From Candidatus Uhrbacteria bacterium (GTDB lineage: Bacteria; Patescibacteriota; Patescibacteriia; UBA9934): 64,000 bases of DNA. Every line of letters begins with the position of its first letter. Position 1 is the stretch's first letter. The notes beneath the pieces are model-generated. The model was not told the DNA's origin and did no database searches. It was given only the letters and a program-made list of their open reading frames with translations. The DNA lies in contig CAIKHN010000019.1 in NCBI GenBank assembly GCA_903827265.1, positions 11,814 to 75,813 of the forward strand, in the 5' to 3' direction. Made by a program: the position numbers and the translations under genes. Below are positions 10,588 through 20,214 of the stretch, in pieces.

Positions 10588-10983
10588 TTAGTCCTGAGAG
10601 GATGAAGAATTTTTGTGTTGTGCCTCGGTCGTGCGAAGACGCTGAACAATAGCACTCACGCCCGACATGTAGGTGCTATCAAGTTCCGCTTGCTTTGCGG
10701 CGTGTTTTTCAAGAATCGTCCGCAAGCTATCCACAACATCAGCAACCTCTGTACGCATCGCATTTGTAACAGACGCATCTAAAACTTCGGCGAATCGCGC
10801 AAGCTGATCAAGCCGCATTTCAGGAATAAGCGCGGCCCAAGCCTCTTTTTCCTGAACTGGCATGCTACTTGCGCCAAGCGCCTCGGCTAATCGAACCGCA
10901 AGAATGCGCGCTTCGTCGGAAAGCGCAGATTGAGAATTTTCCATATTTTGTTGTGACTTCATGCGTGAAGTATAACATCTCAT
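10588..10983 (-). CDS. Small hypothetical protein (about 120-130 aa)
   Basis: ORF downstream of the 1465-aa gene on the same strand. No recognisable motif. Possible internal starts at MKSQQNM or MENSQ. Confidence 0.4.
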   Translation of the reverse strand: MRCYTSRMKSQQNMENSQSALSDEARILAVRLAEALGASSMPVQEKEAWAALIPEMRLDQLARFAEVLDASVTNAMRTEVADVVDSLRTILEKHAAKQAELDSTYMSGVSAIVQRLRTTEAQHKNSSSSQD

Positions 10984-11026
10984 TGACTGAGCTGGTGAGA
11001 AGGCCTATCTTCGATATACTTCGTGT

Positions 11027-12505
11027 ATGGATTCCACAAATTTCTCTGACTTAGAGCGACGACTCGATGCCCATTACGGGCCGGACGATTTTGCCGTCAT
11101 CAAAAAGGCCTACGATTTTGCAAAAATCGCTCACGAGGGCCAAACGCGCGCAACTGGCGAGCCATACTTTATTCATTGTTTTTCCGTTGGACTCAAACTT
11201 GCCGACCTCAAGCTCCCAAGCAACGTTATTGCCGCAGGACTTTTACACGACGTTCCAGAAGATACCGCCTTTACCGTCGAAGATCTCGATCGAGAATTTG
11301 GCGCAGATATCGCATCGATGGTTGCCGCAATTACCAAACTCGGGCACGTAAAATACCGCGGAGAAGAGCGCTACATCGAAAACCTCCGCAAGATGTTCGT
11401 CGCCATGGCAGAGGACGTTCGTGTGGTCTTTATTAAGTTCGCCGATCGCATGCACAACATGGAAACGCTCTATGCGCTTCCAGAACACAAGCGACTTCGC
11501 ATCGCAAAAGAGGTGCTGGAAATTTACGCACCAATTGCGAATCGCCTTGGCATGGGTGAATACCGCGGATTATTCGAGGACTACTCTTTTAAATACCTTG
11601 AGCCAAAAGAATACAGCTGGACAAAACATCTGCTCGAAGAGCGCGTCAAAAAGTTCGGTCCATCGCTCGATCGCGCCATGAAACACGTCAGCGCAGAGCT
11701 CCATCGTCATAGCATCGGGTATCTCGATATCCACGGTCGTGTAAAGCACTGCTACAGCCTGTACAGGAAATTGCAGAAATACAAAAACGACATGAGCAAG
11801 GTGTATGACATCGTCGCAATGCGCGTTGTCGTGAAAGATATTACCGATTGTTATGCCGTTCTTGGCATTCTTCACGGCGTGTACACCCCACTTCCTGGTC
11901 GCATCAAAGACTATATTGCCCAACCGAAACCAAACGGTTATCAGTCGCTTCACACCACGGTTTTCGACGAAAGCGGTTCTATTTTGGAGTTTCAAATTCG
12001 TACCCAAGCCATGCATGAGGAGAGTGAATACGGTGTGGCGGCACACTGGCGATACAAGCAAGGCGCAACCCGCGAAGAGCGAAACGTTGAATGGATGGAG
12101 GAACTGTCGCGCATTCAAAAGGAACTCAGCGCGAACGACTTCATGGCGCACTTAAATGAGTTAAAACTCGACATGTTCCGCGACCGTATTTTCGTCTTTA
12201 CTCCAAAAGGCGATGTGATTGATTTGCCCGAGGATTCCACGCCAATCGACATGGCATACGCAATTCACACCGAAATTGGAAATAAAGTCGCGCAAGCAAA
12301 AGTGAACGGAGAAATTGCATCGCTCGATCGCGCACTGAAAAGTGGTGACATGTGCGAGTTAATCATCGACAAAAATCGAAAGATGCCAAATAAAGATTGG
12401 CTGAAATTCGTTAAAACGCGCCATGCCCGAAGCAAAATCCGCGCCGCACTTCATGAAGTACAACGCGGACTACTTTCCTCGCTCTGGGGAAAAGTGAAAC
12501 GCTAA
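11027..12505 (+). CDS. rel: (p)ppGpp synthetase/hydrolase of the RelA/SpoT family (HD + synthetase + TGS domains, short form)
   Basis: HD region (YFIHCFSVGLKLADL...HDVPEDT). RelA/SpoT synthetase region (YSLYRKLQKY...YQSLHTTV). TGS region (IFVFTPKGDVIDLPEDSTPIDMAYAIHTEIG). Confidence 0.85.
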   Translation: MDSTNFSDLERRLDAHYGPDDFAVIKKAYDFAKIAHEGQTRATGEPYFIHCFSVGLKLADLKLPSNVIAAGLLHDVPEDTAFTVEDLDREFGADIASMVAAITKLGHVKYRGEERYIENLRKMFVAMAEDVRVVFIKFADRMHNMETLYALPEHKRLRIAKEVLEIYAPIANRLGMGEYRGLFEDYSFKYLEPKEYSWTKHLLEERVKKFGPSLDRAMKHVSAELHRHSIGYLDIHGRVKHCYSLYRKLQKYKNDMSKVYDIVAMRVVVKDITDCYAVLGILHGVYTPLPGRIKDYIAQPKPNGYQSLHTTVFDESGSILEFQIRTQAMHEESEYGVAAHWRYKQGATREERNVEWMEELSRIQKELSANDFMAHLNELKLDMFRDRIFVFTPKGDVIDLPEDSTPIDMAYAIHTEIGNKVAQAKVNGEIASLDRALKSGDMCELIIDKNRKMPNKDWLKFVKTRHARSKIRAALHEVQRGLLSSLWGKVKR

Positions 12506-12506
12506 T

Positions 12507-13406
12507 TTACGCATTCAGCTGTCGAATCATTGCAGCGAGATCTTCTTTTGAGTAGCAATGAATCGTAATCGTGCTCTTTGCGCCACGAACATCAAGGGAA
12601 ACTTTTGTCCCAAGTTTTTCTCGAAGCGCAGCCTCGAGCGCAAGAATATTCGGATCTTTCTGCGCAGTATGGCGCTGTGACGTGACCGATTCCGCAGACC
12701 GTACCGTCACGCCACCGCCAAGCATCTTTTCAAACAATTCACGTCGTCGCGTATCGTTCGGCTCAGAAAGTAACGTTCGTGCATGACTTTTTGTAATACG
12801 TCCTTCAATAACCGCCGCAAGCATGTCTGTTGGCAGATCAAGTAAACGCAACGTGTTCGCAACTTGCGAACGGCTCTTCCCTACGCGTCCGGCAACGTCG
12901 TCCTGCGTAAGATTAAAATCGTCAATCAACATCCTGTAGGCCTTAGCCTCTTCAACAGCATTCAAGTCTGCACGCTGAATATTTTCAATAAGTGCAAGCT
13001 CGAGCTTTTGCTGTTCAGTCACGTCGCGCACAATAACTGGAACCGATGCTAAACCAACCGCGCGAGCCGACCGCAATCGTCGTTCACCGGCAATAAGCTC
13101 GTATGTTCCGTCGGCACGAACAGAGACGACAAGTGGTTGCAAAATGCCATGTTCCTTCACGCTCGCCATGAGATCCGTCAAATCATCCTCCGCGAAATGA
13201 TGACGAGGTTGACGTGGGTTTGCAACAATATCGTTTGGCGAAATGCGAAGAAGCCGCTCGGTGTGTTTTTCAGGAACATCGTGCAAAATTACCGGAGCAA
13301 CCGGAAGAACAACGTCAGCAACCGGCGCCGGCGGCTGTGCCGACGACCCTGCAGGCGGCAATAACGAACCCAAGCCTCTTCCCAAACCTCCTTGAATCTT
13401 CTGCAT
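12507..13406 (-). CDS. parB: Chromosome partitioning protein ParB/Spo0J
   Basis: N-terminal GLGRGLGSLL. ParB box ILQPLVVSV...YELIAGERRLRSA. HTH region. The track's start at 13436 would overlap parA; the ATG at 13406 (MQKIQGGLGRGL) fits better. Confidence 0.85.
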   Translation of the reverse strand: MQKIQGGLGRGLGSLLPPAGSSAQPPAPVADVVLPVAPVILHDVPEKHTERLLRISPNDIVANPRQPRHHFAEDDLTDLMASVKEHGILQPLVVSVRADGTYELIAGERRLRSARAVGLASVPVIVRDVTEQQKLELALIENIQRADLNAVEEAKAYRMLIDDFNLTQDDVAGRVGKSRSQVANTLRLLDLPTDMLAAVIEGRITKSHARTLLSEPNDTRRRELFEKMLGGGVTVRSAESVTSQRHTAQKDPNILALEAALREKLGTKVSLDVRGAKSTITIHCYSKEDLAAMIRQLNA

Positions 13407-13407
13407 A

Positions 13408-14187
13408 TTACACGGCGGCAACGCCGGCTTCTTCACGGACTAAAAATTCTCGCGCTAATCGTTCGTATGCCTTTGCAGCCTTTGAATCAGGATCATAGTG
13501 CAAAATAGTCTTCCCAAAACTTGGCGCTTCTGCTAAGCGCACACTTCGAGGAATGACTGATCGAAAAATCTTTCCAGGGAAATGCTTGTACAGCTCTTGC
13601 AGAACTTGATTCGACAAATTTGTTCGCGGATCGAACATCGTAATTACCGCACCCATAATGCCGAGATTCGGCTTAATGTGTTCGCGAACCAAGTTCACCG
13701 TGTGCATGAGTTGACCAAGACCTTCCAAAGCATAATACTCCGCCTGAACTGGAATAAGCACACTATCACTCGCAACCAAGCCGTTGATTGTGAGCAACCC
13801 GAGCGACGGCGGATTATCGATAAGAATGTAGTCGTAATCGTTTCGGATTGGCATCAACGCAGCCTCGAGCTTTCGCTCGCGATTAAATTCGGTGACGAGT
13901 TCAACCGCAGAACCGGCGAGATCTGGCCCGCCAGGAAGCAACGCAAGACCAGGATGATTCGTACCAATGATTAAATCTCGCACCTGATGCGTTCCCGCCA
14001 ACGCCTCATAGGTTCCTGAAAGTTCCGTTGGACTCTGGCCAAATCCGCTTGTCGCATTTCCTTGAGGGTCTAAATCCACCAACAATACTGACTTTCCCAA
14101 ATGCGAAAGATACGCCGCCAAATTCATGGACGTGGTGGTTTTGCCAACCCCACCTTTTTGATTCACCACCGAGACAATATGAGCCAT
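13408..14187 (-). CDS. parA: ParA/Soj partitioning ATPase
   Basis: MAHIVSVVNQKGGVGKTTTSMNLAAYL deviant Walker A, followed by LVDLDPQGNAT. Sits directly upstream of parB. Confidence 0.9.
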   Translation of the reverse strand: MAHIVSVVNQKGGVGKTTTSMNLAAYLSHLGKSVLLVDLDPQGNATSGFGQSPTELSGTYEALAGTHQVRDLIIGTNHPGLALLPGGPDLAGSAVELVTEFNRERKLEAALMPIRNDYDYILIDNPPSLGLLTINGLVASDSVLIPVQAEYYALEGLGQLMHTVNLVREHIKPNLGIMGAVITMFDPRTNLSNQVLQELYKHFPGKIFRSVIPRSVRLAEAPSFGKTILHYDPDSKAAKAYERLAREFLVREEAGVAAV

Positions 14188-14239
14188 AAGATGGCTGCAG
14201 TATAGCAACAAAAATACTCGACGAAAAGCCGAGTATTTT

Positions 14240-14316
14240 TGGTTGCGGGGACCGGATTTGAACCGGTGACCTTCGGGTTATGAGCCCGACGAGCTGCCTG
14301 GCTGCTCTACCCCGCG
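14240..14316 (-). tRNA. Initiator tRNA-Met (anticodon CAT)
   Basis: 77-nt cloverleaf CGCGGGGTAGAGCAGCCAGGCAGCTCGTCGGGCTCATAACCCGAAGGTCACCGGTTCAAATCCGGTCCCCGCAACCA. Three G-C pairs in the anticodon stem and a C1xA72 mismatch. Near-identical to E. coli tRNA-fMet. Confidence 0.85.
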
Positions 14317-14369
14317 CGAAGATTATGCCAGATTTTTCAAAATCAAGCAAATGGACACAGTCTATTCAA

Positions 14370-14897
14370 CTATCGCGTAAACGTAATGCTCTCGAGAATA
14401 GCGCTCTGAATTGGCGTTAACGCGCTTGCGCTGTCGGCATAAGAGAAATCAATCATCGAAACTCGGTCGTGCTGAACCCAAAGTGAATAATGATGGTCTG
14501 CGCCAATCAATGCGGTAATCGCCGATTGCCCGCCAACGAGCGTTGTTCCAATCTTTTGTATGGTCGAACTTGTGTTTTTCGCAAAGAACTCATCGAGATT
14601 GGCGATATCTTTGCAGGACACCCCAACGTAATACGATGAAGGAGCTTCGCCATCCTGACCATTTTGAAAATCAATATCATCTTGCGTCGTGATCACCGCA
14701 TCGCTGTCTGTCTGGGAGGCGAACACCGCATCCGATGGGTACTTCAATGAAAGACCGCACAATGTGTTTGTATACGTTTTCCAAGAAGACGTATCGAGCG
14801 CCTGCTGTGTGGCGGGGCGAGAAATGGTTTGAGCACAGCCCGCGCCAAGTAGGACCGATGTTAACGCGAGCACCGAAAGAAATTTGCGCATAGACAA
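14370..14897 (-). CDS. Hypothetical lipoprotein
   Basis: Signal peptide with lipobox (LALTSVLLGAGC), then a hydrophilic S/T/D-rich body. Confidence 0.6.
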   Translation of the reverse strand: MSMRKFLSVLALTSVLLGAGCAQTISRPATQQALDTSSWKTYTNTLCGLSLKYPSDAVFASQTDSDAVITTQDDIDFQNGQDGEAPSSYYVGVSCKDIANLDEFFAKNTSSTIQKIGTTLVGGQSAITALIGADHHYSLWVQHDRVSMIDFSYADSASALTPIQSAILESITFTR

Positions 14898-14961
14898 AGA
14901 AAGAATGTATGAGGATTGTTGAGGATACTCTGATATTACACCAGAGCATCCTCAACCGTTT

Positions 14962-16188
14962 TTACTTTACCGTGAACGAACGCACCGTGCTGTAACTCCC
15001 CCAGCCGCCGTCATCCTGGTACGCGATTCCGCGAACCGCCCAATAGTACGTGCCCTTGGAAAGGCTCGCGCTGTAGGACGTCGCAAATGCCGTCGACGGC
15101 TCGGCGCCGGTCATGTCGCCATCGGGATTCATGCAACCGCTCGTGAGCGACGAATTCGTGCATGCCATGATGTGCACCCGATACGTCCCCGAACCGTTGG
15201 ACCAACCGAGGGTCACCGGCGAGGAGACGCTCGCGCCATTTCCGGGGCTCGAAAGCGACGGCGCAGAGGGAGGCTCCACCCATGATTTCGCACCGATGTA
15301 CGTGCCAGGCGCGGTCGATCCGTTGTTCGAACACGACGTCGGGAACGTCGCCGATGCGCTCTGGCTCGCGCCCTTGCACGTCAGTTTTCCCCAGCCGGCA
15401 ACGCTCGTCACCGACGGCGACGACGTCCCGGGGAACACCCCGAAGTGCAGATGTGCGCTCGACGTCTTTTTCCAGGAGCCATACGCCGTACTCCAGTCGT
15501 AGTCATTCGCGATGGTTCCGATGGTATCGCCGGAGACATACGAGTCCCCCACCGACACACTCGAGTCGTAGACCAGATGGCCGTACACCACCACAAACGA
15601 CGTCCCGTCTGCCGCGTAGTGCTGCATGGCAACCGCCATGTTGCACATCGAGCTCCCGCCGTAGTCGTACCCCCATCCCGACGAGCAGGTGGAGTTCTGC
15701 GTTCCGCTCACCTTCACGACCGTTCCGGCCGCGATGGCGTACACCGACGTCCCACGAGACGCACCAATGTCCGTACCGTTGTGACAGGTATTCGTGTAGT
15801 AGTAGCTGCTTCCGCACGTGCCGAATCCGGCGTAGTCGTACGTATCTTTCCACGACGTGATGGAATCCATGGGGTACACGAACCCATTCCCCGCCGTCGT
15901 TTTTTCCGCTTGCACCGATGGCGCAGATTTCCGCGTCGCACACTCGTTGTCGGTATTCACGATTTTCGCCGTGTCTGCACCGGTGTCGAATCCGGAATCC
16001 TCGCCATTGCTACACGACGGCTCGATGGCACCCGAATCCGCCTCATTCCGAGCGATCGCTGCCCATTTCGCCTTGTTTGCCGCGACTTCTTTGTCCATTT
16101 CGCACTGGAAATCGCAACAGCCTGACATTTCGAACATCACGATGATGATCAGCCCGATGCCGACCATCGACGCAATACGACGAACCAT
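14962..16188 (-). CDS. Secreted M23-family (LytM-like) metallopeptidase with a C-terminal Ig/FN3-like domain. GC-rich gene
   Basis: HNGTDIGASRGTSVYAIAAGTV and a HLHFGV (HxH) motif. N-terminal signal anchor MVRRIASMVGIGLIIIVMF. The track's start at 16338 is probably an extension. Alternative frames here are Arg-rich, consistent with about 60 percent GC against roughly 48-50 percent elsewhere. Confidence 0.75.
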   Translation of the reverse strand: MVRRIASMVGIGLIIIVMFEMSGCCDFQCEMDKEVAANKAKWAAIARNEADSGAIEPSCSNGEDSGFDTGADTAKIVNTDNECATRKSAPSVQAEKTTAGNGFVYPMDSITSWKDTYDYAGFGTCGSSYYYTNTCHNGTDIGASRGTSVYAIAAGTVVKVSGTQNSTCSSGWGYDYGGSSMCNMAVAMQHYAADGTSFVVVYGHLVYDSSVSVGDSYVSGDTIGTIANDYDWSTAYGSWKKTSSAHLHFGVFPGTSSPSVTSVAGWGKLTCKGASQSASATFPTSCSNNGSTAPGTYIGAKSWVEPPSAPSLSSPGNGASVSSPVTLGWSNGSGTYRVHIMACTNSSLTSGCMNPDGDMTGAEPSTAFATSYSASLSKGTYYWAVRGIAYQDDGGWGSYSTVRSFTVK

Positions 16189-16517
16189 AACGCACCTCAC
16201 ATGTGGAGTCGCATTGATCCTGATTGATCGCCACGCCCCTGACTGCTGGAGATCGCAATCAGGAACCGACGAGCGCTGTGACGACTCGGAGAAAAAGCTG
16301 TCCCCACGATGCTTTTCTCCGAGTCGCGGAAGACCCAACCATTTCGCCGGTGCGAAAGCCCACGTGAAGGCACATCGCAGATCGCACGAAATCGATACGT
16401 CGTTCCCTAGAAATTCTCTTGTGCCGACGGCCGTCGGCAGTCACAGAACCGTTCTGCATCTATCGTGCCAAGATTTTGCGTACACCTCAAACGATTTTTC
16501 GCACAAACATCACAAAA

Positions 16518-16599
16518 CCGCCGGAACATGTCCGACGGCTTTATATTTGCGATCATTTCTCTTCGCTATCCGTTGTGTTCTCCGTCGGAACATGTCCGA
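16518..16599. repeat. Two copies of a near-palindromic 15-mer, CGGAACATGTCCGAC, about 64 bp apart. They lie in the intergenic region upstream of the M23 peptidase gene; possible operator pair
   Basis: The direct repeat is seen at about 16521-16535 and 16585-16599. The GAACATGTCC core is an imperfect palindrome. Confidence 0.4.
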
Positions 16600-16614
16600 C
16601 AGTCATTGTGGATA

Positions 16615-18021
16615 TTATTTTCCGAACTGTTCTTTGGACAGATATTTCGCAACATCCGCAATTGCAATTCGTCCGCCTTCACCAACCTGTTCCATTGAAT
16701 CACGATGACGAAGGGTCACGGTTCCGCTCTCGAGCGTGTCGTAATCGATAGTCACGCACCACGGCGTTCCAATCTCGTCTTGTCGACGGTAACGCTTACC
16801 AATGGATCCGCTCTCATCGTAGTCCGCAGAAATTCCCTGTTTCCGAAGTCCTTCGTACAACTCCCACGCCTTATCTGCGAGCCCATCTTTCTTCATGAGA
16901 GGCAGGATCGCAATCTTGAATGGCGCGAGGTCATACGGCGCACCAAACACAATGCGCGTTTCCTTCTCGCCCTTTGCTGTTGTCACTTCTTCCTCGCGGT
17001 AGAACTCGAAGAGCGTGAGTAAGAACAAACGATTGAATCCACCGGAGCACTCAACGATGAACGGGTTGTAGCGTTCCTTTGTTTCAGGATCGAAGTAGCT
17101 CAGATCCTGGCCGCTGAACTTCGCATGCTGATCGAGGTCGTAGCTTCCGCGGTGGTGCACGCCTTCAACTTCCTTGAACCCGATCTCGCCAAACTTATAC
17201 TCAATATCCCACGCATCTTGTGCATAGAACGCACGTTCATCGAGCTCATGCTGACGCCAACGAACATTCTCTTCTTTTAAGCCGATGCATTTCGTGTAGA
17301 AATCCCATCGGTTCGATTTCCATGCCTCGTATTGTGCGTCAGCCTCAGAAGGCTTACAGAAAAACTGCACGTCCATTTGTTCGAACTCGCGTGTACGGAA
17401 CAGGAACTGCTTCACCGTAATTTCGTTACGGAATGCTTTTCCAATCTGCGCAATACCAAACGGAAGCTTTCGTCGAGTCACCATCTGCGTCGCCTTCCAA
17501 TCGAGATAAATATTCTGGCAGCTTTCACCTTTCAAATACACGAGAGACGAGTCATCTTCGACTGGTCCGAGATGCGTTTTCACCAAAAGATTAAAACGCT
17601 TTGCTTTCGAAACAGAATTGCCGTCTGGACTCTTGATCTTATGTTCAGCAATGACATCGTCGACCTGTTCCGGAGTTAACGCTCCAGCATTTTCCATCAC
17701 ACCAGCATCCTCGATGAGGTGATCCGCGCGGAAACGGCGATGAGAAACGAGATCCTCGACAAGAAGATCGGAGAACCCACCAATGTGGCCGCTCGCTTCC
17801 CACACCTTTGGGTGCATAAAAATCGCACCTTCAATTTCCACCATGTCGGTTCGGCTTGTGACGTTCCAATAGCGCCACGCTGCCTCCAAGTTTTTCTTAA
17901 GAAGAATTCCCACCGGACCAAAGTCATACGTTGCCGCAAATCCGCCGTAAATATCAGAAGAAGGAAAAACGAAGCCTTTTTGTGTAGAAAAGTTAACGAT
18001 GGTTTCAAGATTGGTTGCCAT
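16615..18021 (-). CDS. glyQS: Glycyl-tRNA synthetase (dimeric GlyQS type)
   Basis: MATNLETIVNFSTQKGFVFPSSDIYGGFAATYDFGPVG... class II GlyRS signature throughout. The track's start at 18057 is an extension. Confidence 0.9.
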   Translation of the reverse strand: MATNLETIVNFSTQKGFVFPSSDIYGGFAATYDFGPVGILLKKNLEAAWRYWNVTSRTDMVEIEGAIFMHPKVWEASGHIGGFSDLLVEDLVSHRRFRADHLIEDAGVMENAGALTPEQVDDVIAEHKIKSPDGNSVSKAKRFNLLVKTHLGPVEDDSSLVYLKGESCQNIYLDWKATQMVTRRKLPFGIAQIGKAFRNEITVKQFLFRTREFEQMDVQFFCKPSEADAQYEAWKSNRWDFYTKCIGLKEENVRWRQHELDERAFYAQDAWDIEYKFGEIGFKEVEGVHHRGSYDLDQHAKFSGQDLSYFDPETKERYNPFIVECSGGFNRLFLLTLFEFYREEEVTTAKGEKETRIVFGAPYDLAPFKIAILPLMKKDGLADKAWELYEGLRKQGISADYDESGSIGKRYRRQDEIGTPWCVTIDYDTLESGTVTLRHRDSMEQVGEGGRIAIADVAKYLSKEQFGK

Positions 18022-18134
18022 AGTGGTTGGATTGTAACGAAAAACTGGAAAAATCACAAAACTCGCTATTTCCCATACGGCTCAAGATTCGGAAACTTAC
18101 CGACGCCTTATTCCTATTAGCGTAAAATCTATCT

Positions 18135-18773
18135 GTGAACGATTCTTTCTGCTACTATCGAAAAGACATCCTCGATCCAAAAATTACTATGTCTCCAACA
18201 GAAACCTGGAAAAACTTTTACCAAGCGACGCGAGAAAGTCCTCCATCGGCGTTGCTTGTTGAAGCGATGGAATTTGTTCGCAATAAAGGTACGGCGCTCG
18301 ATGTTGGATGCGGTGCGCTGAAAGATTCTCGTTTTCTTGTTCACGAAGGGTTTGATGTCGTCGCGATCGATGCTGAGCCGGCAGTTGCAAACGAAATCCA
18401 CGACATACCTGCTGATCGATTTCACTTCACACAAACGACATTCGAAGATTTTTCCTACGACGTTGAGAAATTCGACTGCATTAACGCGATGTATTCCCTT
18501 CCGTTTATCGCACCACATGCCTTCAACGACGTCTTTCGTGCAATCACGTCAGCACTAAAACACGATGGAATTTTCTGCGGAGTGTTCTTTGGAAACAACG
18601 ATGAATGGAACGCGAATCCAGACATGACGTTTCACACAAAAGCAGACGTGGAGGCGTCGTTCTCCGACATGGAGGTACTCGCATTCAAAGAAAAAGAATT
18701 TGATGGCACAACCGCGCTGAAAACTCCAAAACACTGGCACACGTTTCAGGTGATCGCTCGACGGAAGAGTTAG
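18135..18773 (+). CDS. Class I SAM-dependent methyltransferase (TehB-like)
   Basis: Motif I LDVGCGALKDS. Size and spacing of downstream acidic residues fit a Rossmann-fold methyltransferase. The true start may be the internal ATG at about 18189. Confidence 0.6.
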   Translation: MNDSFCYYRKDILDPKITMSPTETWKNFYQATRESPPSALLVEAMEFVRNKGTALDVGCGALKDSRFLVHEGFDVVAIDAEPAVANEIHDIPADRFHFTQTTFEDFSYDVEKFDCINAMYSLPFIAPHAFNDVFRAITSALKHDGIFCGVFFGNNDEWNANPDMTFHTKADVEASFSDMEVLAFKEKEFDGTTALKTPKHWHTFQVIARRKS

Positions 18774-19120
18774 CTCGACGCTATTTCAAATGATGTGAGA
18801 TCGATTTCGCGATTAAATCCTCGCAAAAACGATAATAGAAATGAACGAAGCGCGAATGGATCATGATGCATGCGGAACTCATGAACGTCACCCTCCTGAT
18901 GCGTACCAGGCAATACGCTCTCAATAAGAGTAAAGCCGTACTCTCCGCCCCGACCGGAAAATAACGTGACTACATTCCCTGTCGTTGAGAGGACATTGAT
19001 GTCGTCAATCGCGACAATTACCCCATTCGCCACCACATCCGCGCCTGGTTGTAGCGACCTCAAGGCATCTGCCCGCCTGTGAGAAAGGAAGAATTTTAAG
19101 CATTTTTGCATAAATTCCAA
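18770..19120 (-). CDS. Hypothetical protein (116 aa); the call is weak
   Basis: ORF only. No motif. Confidence 0.25.
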   Translation of the reverse strand: MEFMQKCLKFFLSHRRADALRSLQPGADVVANGVIVAIDDINVLSTTGNVVTLFSGRGGEYGFTLIESVLPGTHQEGDVHEFRMHHDPFALRSFLLSFLRGFNREIDLTSFEIASS

Positions 19121-19332
19121 ACAACCACGTAGGAAACATAGTATATTCCAAGCTGATACAAGGCTCTGTTTTATCCCCTTTTTCAGCTATTTCCCTGCCC
19201 TCCGCACCTATCGACAACGGAGGGTTTACTTTTCCGCTAATTTCTGCTATATTGTAAGAGCAAGGCGTCGAGTGACGCAGCACGTTTTTCAGTGTTTCAC
19301 CAGCAAACTGCCGATTTTCGGCGGAGGTTCCC

Positions 19333-20088
19333 ATGATCCGTCCCCTTCCGTTCCTGTTCATCGCTACCCTCGTCGGCTGCGACAATGTCGGCACCACCGA
19401 CTGCACCACCGTCTGCGGCGGGATCAACCCCGCCACCGGGCAGTACGACCCGGAGTACGACTGCAAGGACTCCTGCGACACCAGCGGAGACACCGCGGAT
19501 TCGGCCATCGAGGAGCCTGACGGCTTCCTTCTGGTGAAGGCGACCGTTCTCGGCAACGAGATCGCGAGCAACGTCATCATCGACGGGAAGATCGTCGGCG
19601 CCACGGGCGAGTCCATCGCCCTGAAGCCCGGCGAGTACACCTTCACGGTCGGCGACGATCCGACGGTGACGTCGGTGAACGGCCTGCCCGTGTATGAGTC
19701 TGCCGGTCTCGATTCCCCGTGGGAAACCGCGGATTGGATCTCGCCGGCGACGACCGCCACGGTCACGTCGGACGAACTCGTCTCGATGCCCGCGGACGAC
19801 GCCGTGATCGTGGAGATGAACCTCCTGTTCGCGGAAGGTCGGTGGACGTGTGACTCCGGCCACTCGGTCAGTACGGCAGAAATGTCGTACGCCGCCGATG
19901 GAAAGACGGTGGACTTCACGCACATTGGAGACATGATCGTCAGCGGGATCACGATGGTGACCGCAGATGACCCCGAATTCGGTAGCGGCAGCTTCCAGGA
20001 CACCGAAGTGGCAACCGTCCTCGAAGACGGAACCCACTTCTACGCCTGGCGCGGCGAACCGGAGGAGGATCCCCGTGAAACGAAGTGA
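19333..20088 (+). CDS. Hypothetical lipoprotein. GC-rich gene
   Basis: GGAGG lies 6 nt upstream of the ATG. Signal peptide plus lipobox (FIATLVGC). Acidic T/D/G-rich body. The overlapping minus-strand ORFs are judged artefacts of the high GC. Confidence 0.6.
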   Translation: MIRPLPFLFIATLVGCDNVGTTDCTTVCGGINPATGQYDPEYDCKDSCDTSGDTADSAIEEPDGFLLVKATVLGNEIASNVIIDGKIVGATGESIALKPGEYTFTVGDDPTVTSVNGLPVYESAGLDSPWETADWISPATTATVTSDELVSMPADDAVIVEMNLLFAEGRWTCDSGHSVSTAEMSYAADGKTVDFTHIGDMIVSGITMVTADDPEFGSGSFQDTEVATVLEDGTHFYAWRGEPEEDPRETK

Positions 20089-20119
20089 CGCTCGAGGCTA
20101 GGAGAGCCAAGAGTACGAC

Positions 20120-20149
20120 GAAAGCCAGACCCGCAACGGTCTGGCTTTC
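20120..20149. terminator. Perfect 12-bp stem hairpin (GAAAGCCAGACC / GGTCTGGCTTTC) between convergent genes. No strong U-tract
   Basis: Inverted repeat read directly from the sequence. Confidence 0.4.
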
Positions 20150-20214
20150 AAATTTGCACGGAAAAGTAGAACGCTACAATTCGGTGAAAAACTTTATAAA
20201 ACTACTCTAACACC

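Noticed and set aside
6161-10652. Many plus-strand ORFs of 60-210 aa across 6161-10652
   Set aside because: They are antisense to the uninterrupted 1465-aa minus-strand ORF. Their compositions are the complement of its E/K/R-rich codons.
15011-16751. Arg-rich ORFs on both strands over the M23 peptidase gene (for example 15445-16125, 15282-15860 and 15503-15943)
   Set aside because: They are artefacts of the roughly 60 percent GC content; only the M23 frame carries recognisable motifs. The M23 ORF's own 5' extension to 16338 is also rejected in favour of the signal-anchor start at about 16188.
19005-20037. Minus-strand ORFs 19005-20003 (332 aa) and 19297-20037 (246 aa)
   Set aside because: They overlap the plus-strand lipoprotein gene, which has an RBS, a lipobox signal peptide and a downstream hairpin. 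High GC makes long open frames on every strand, and there are no motifs.
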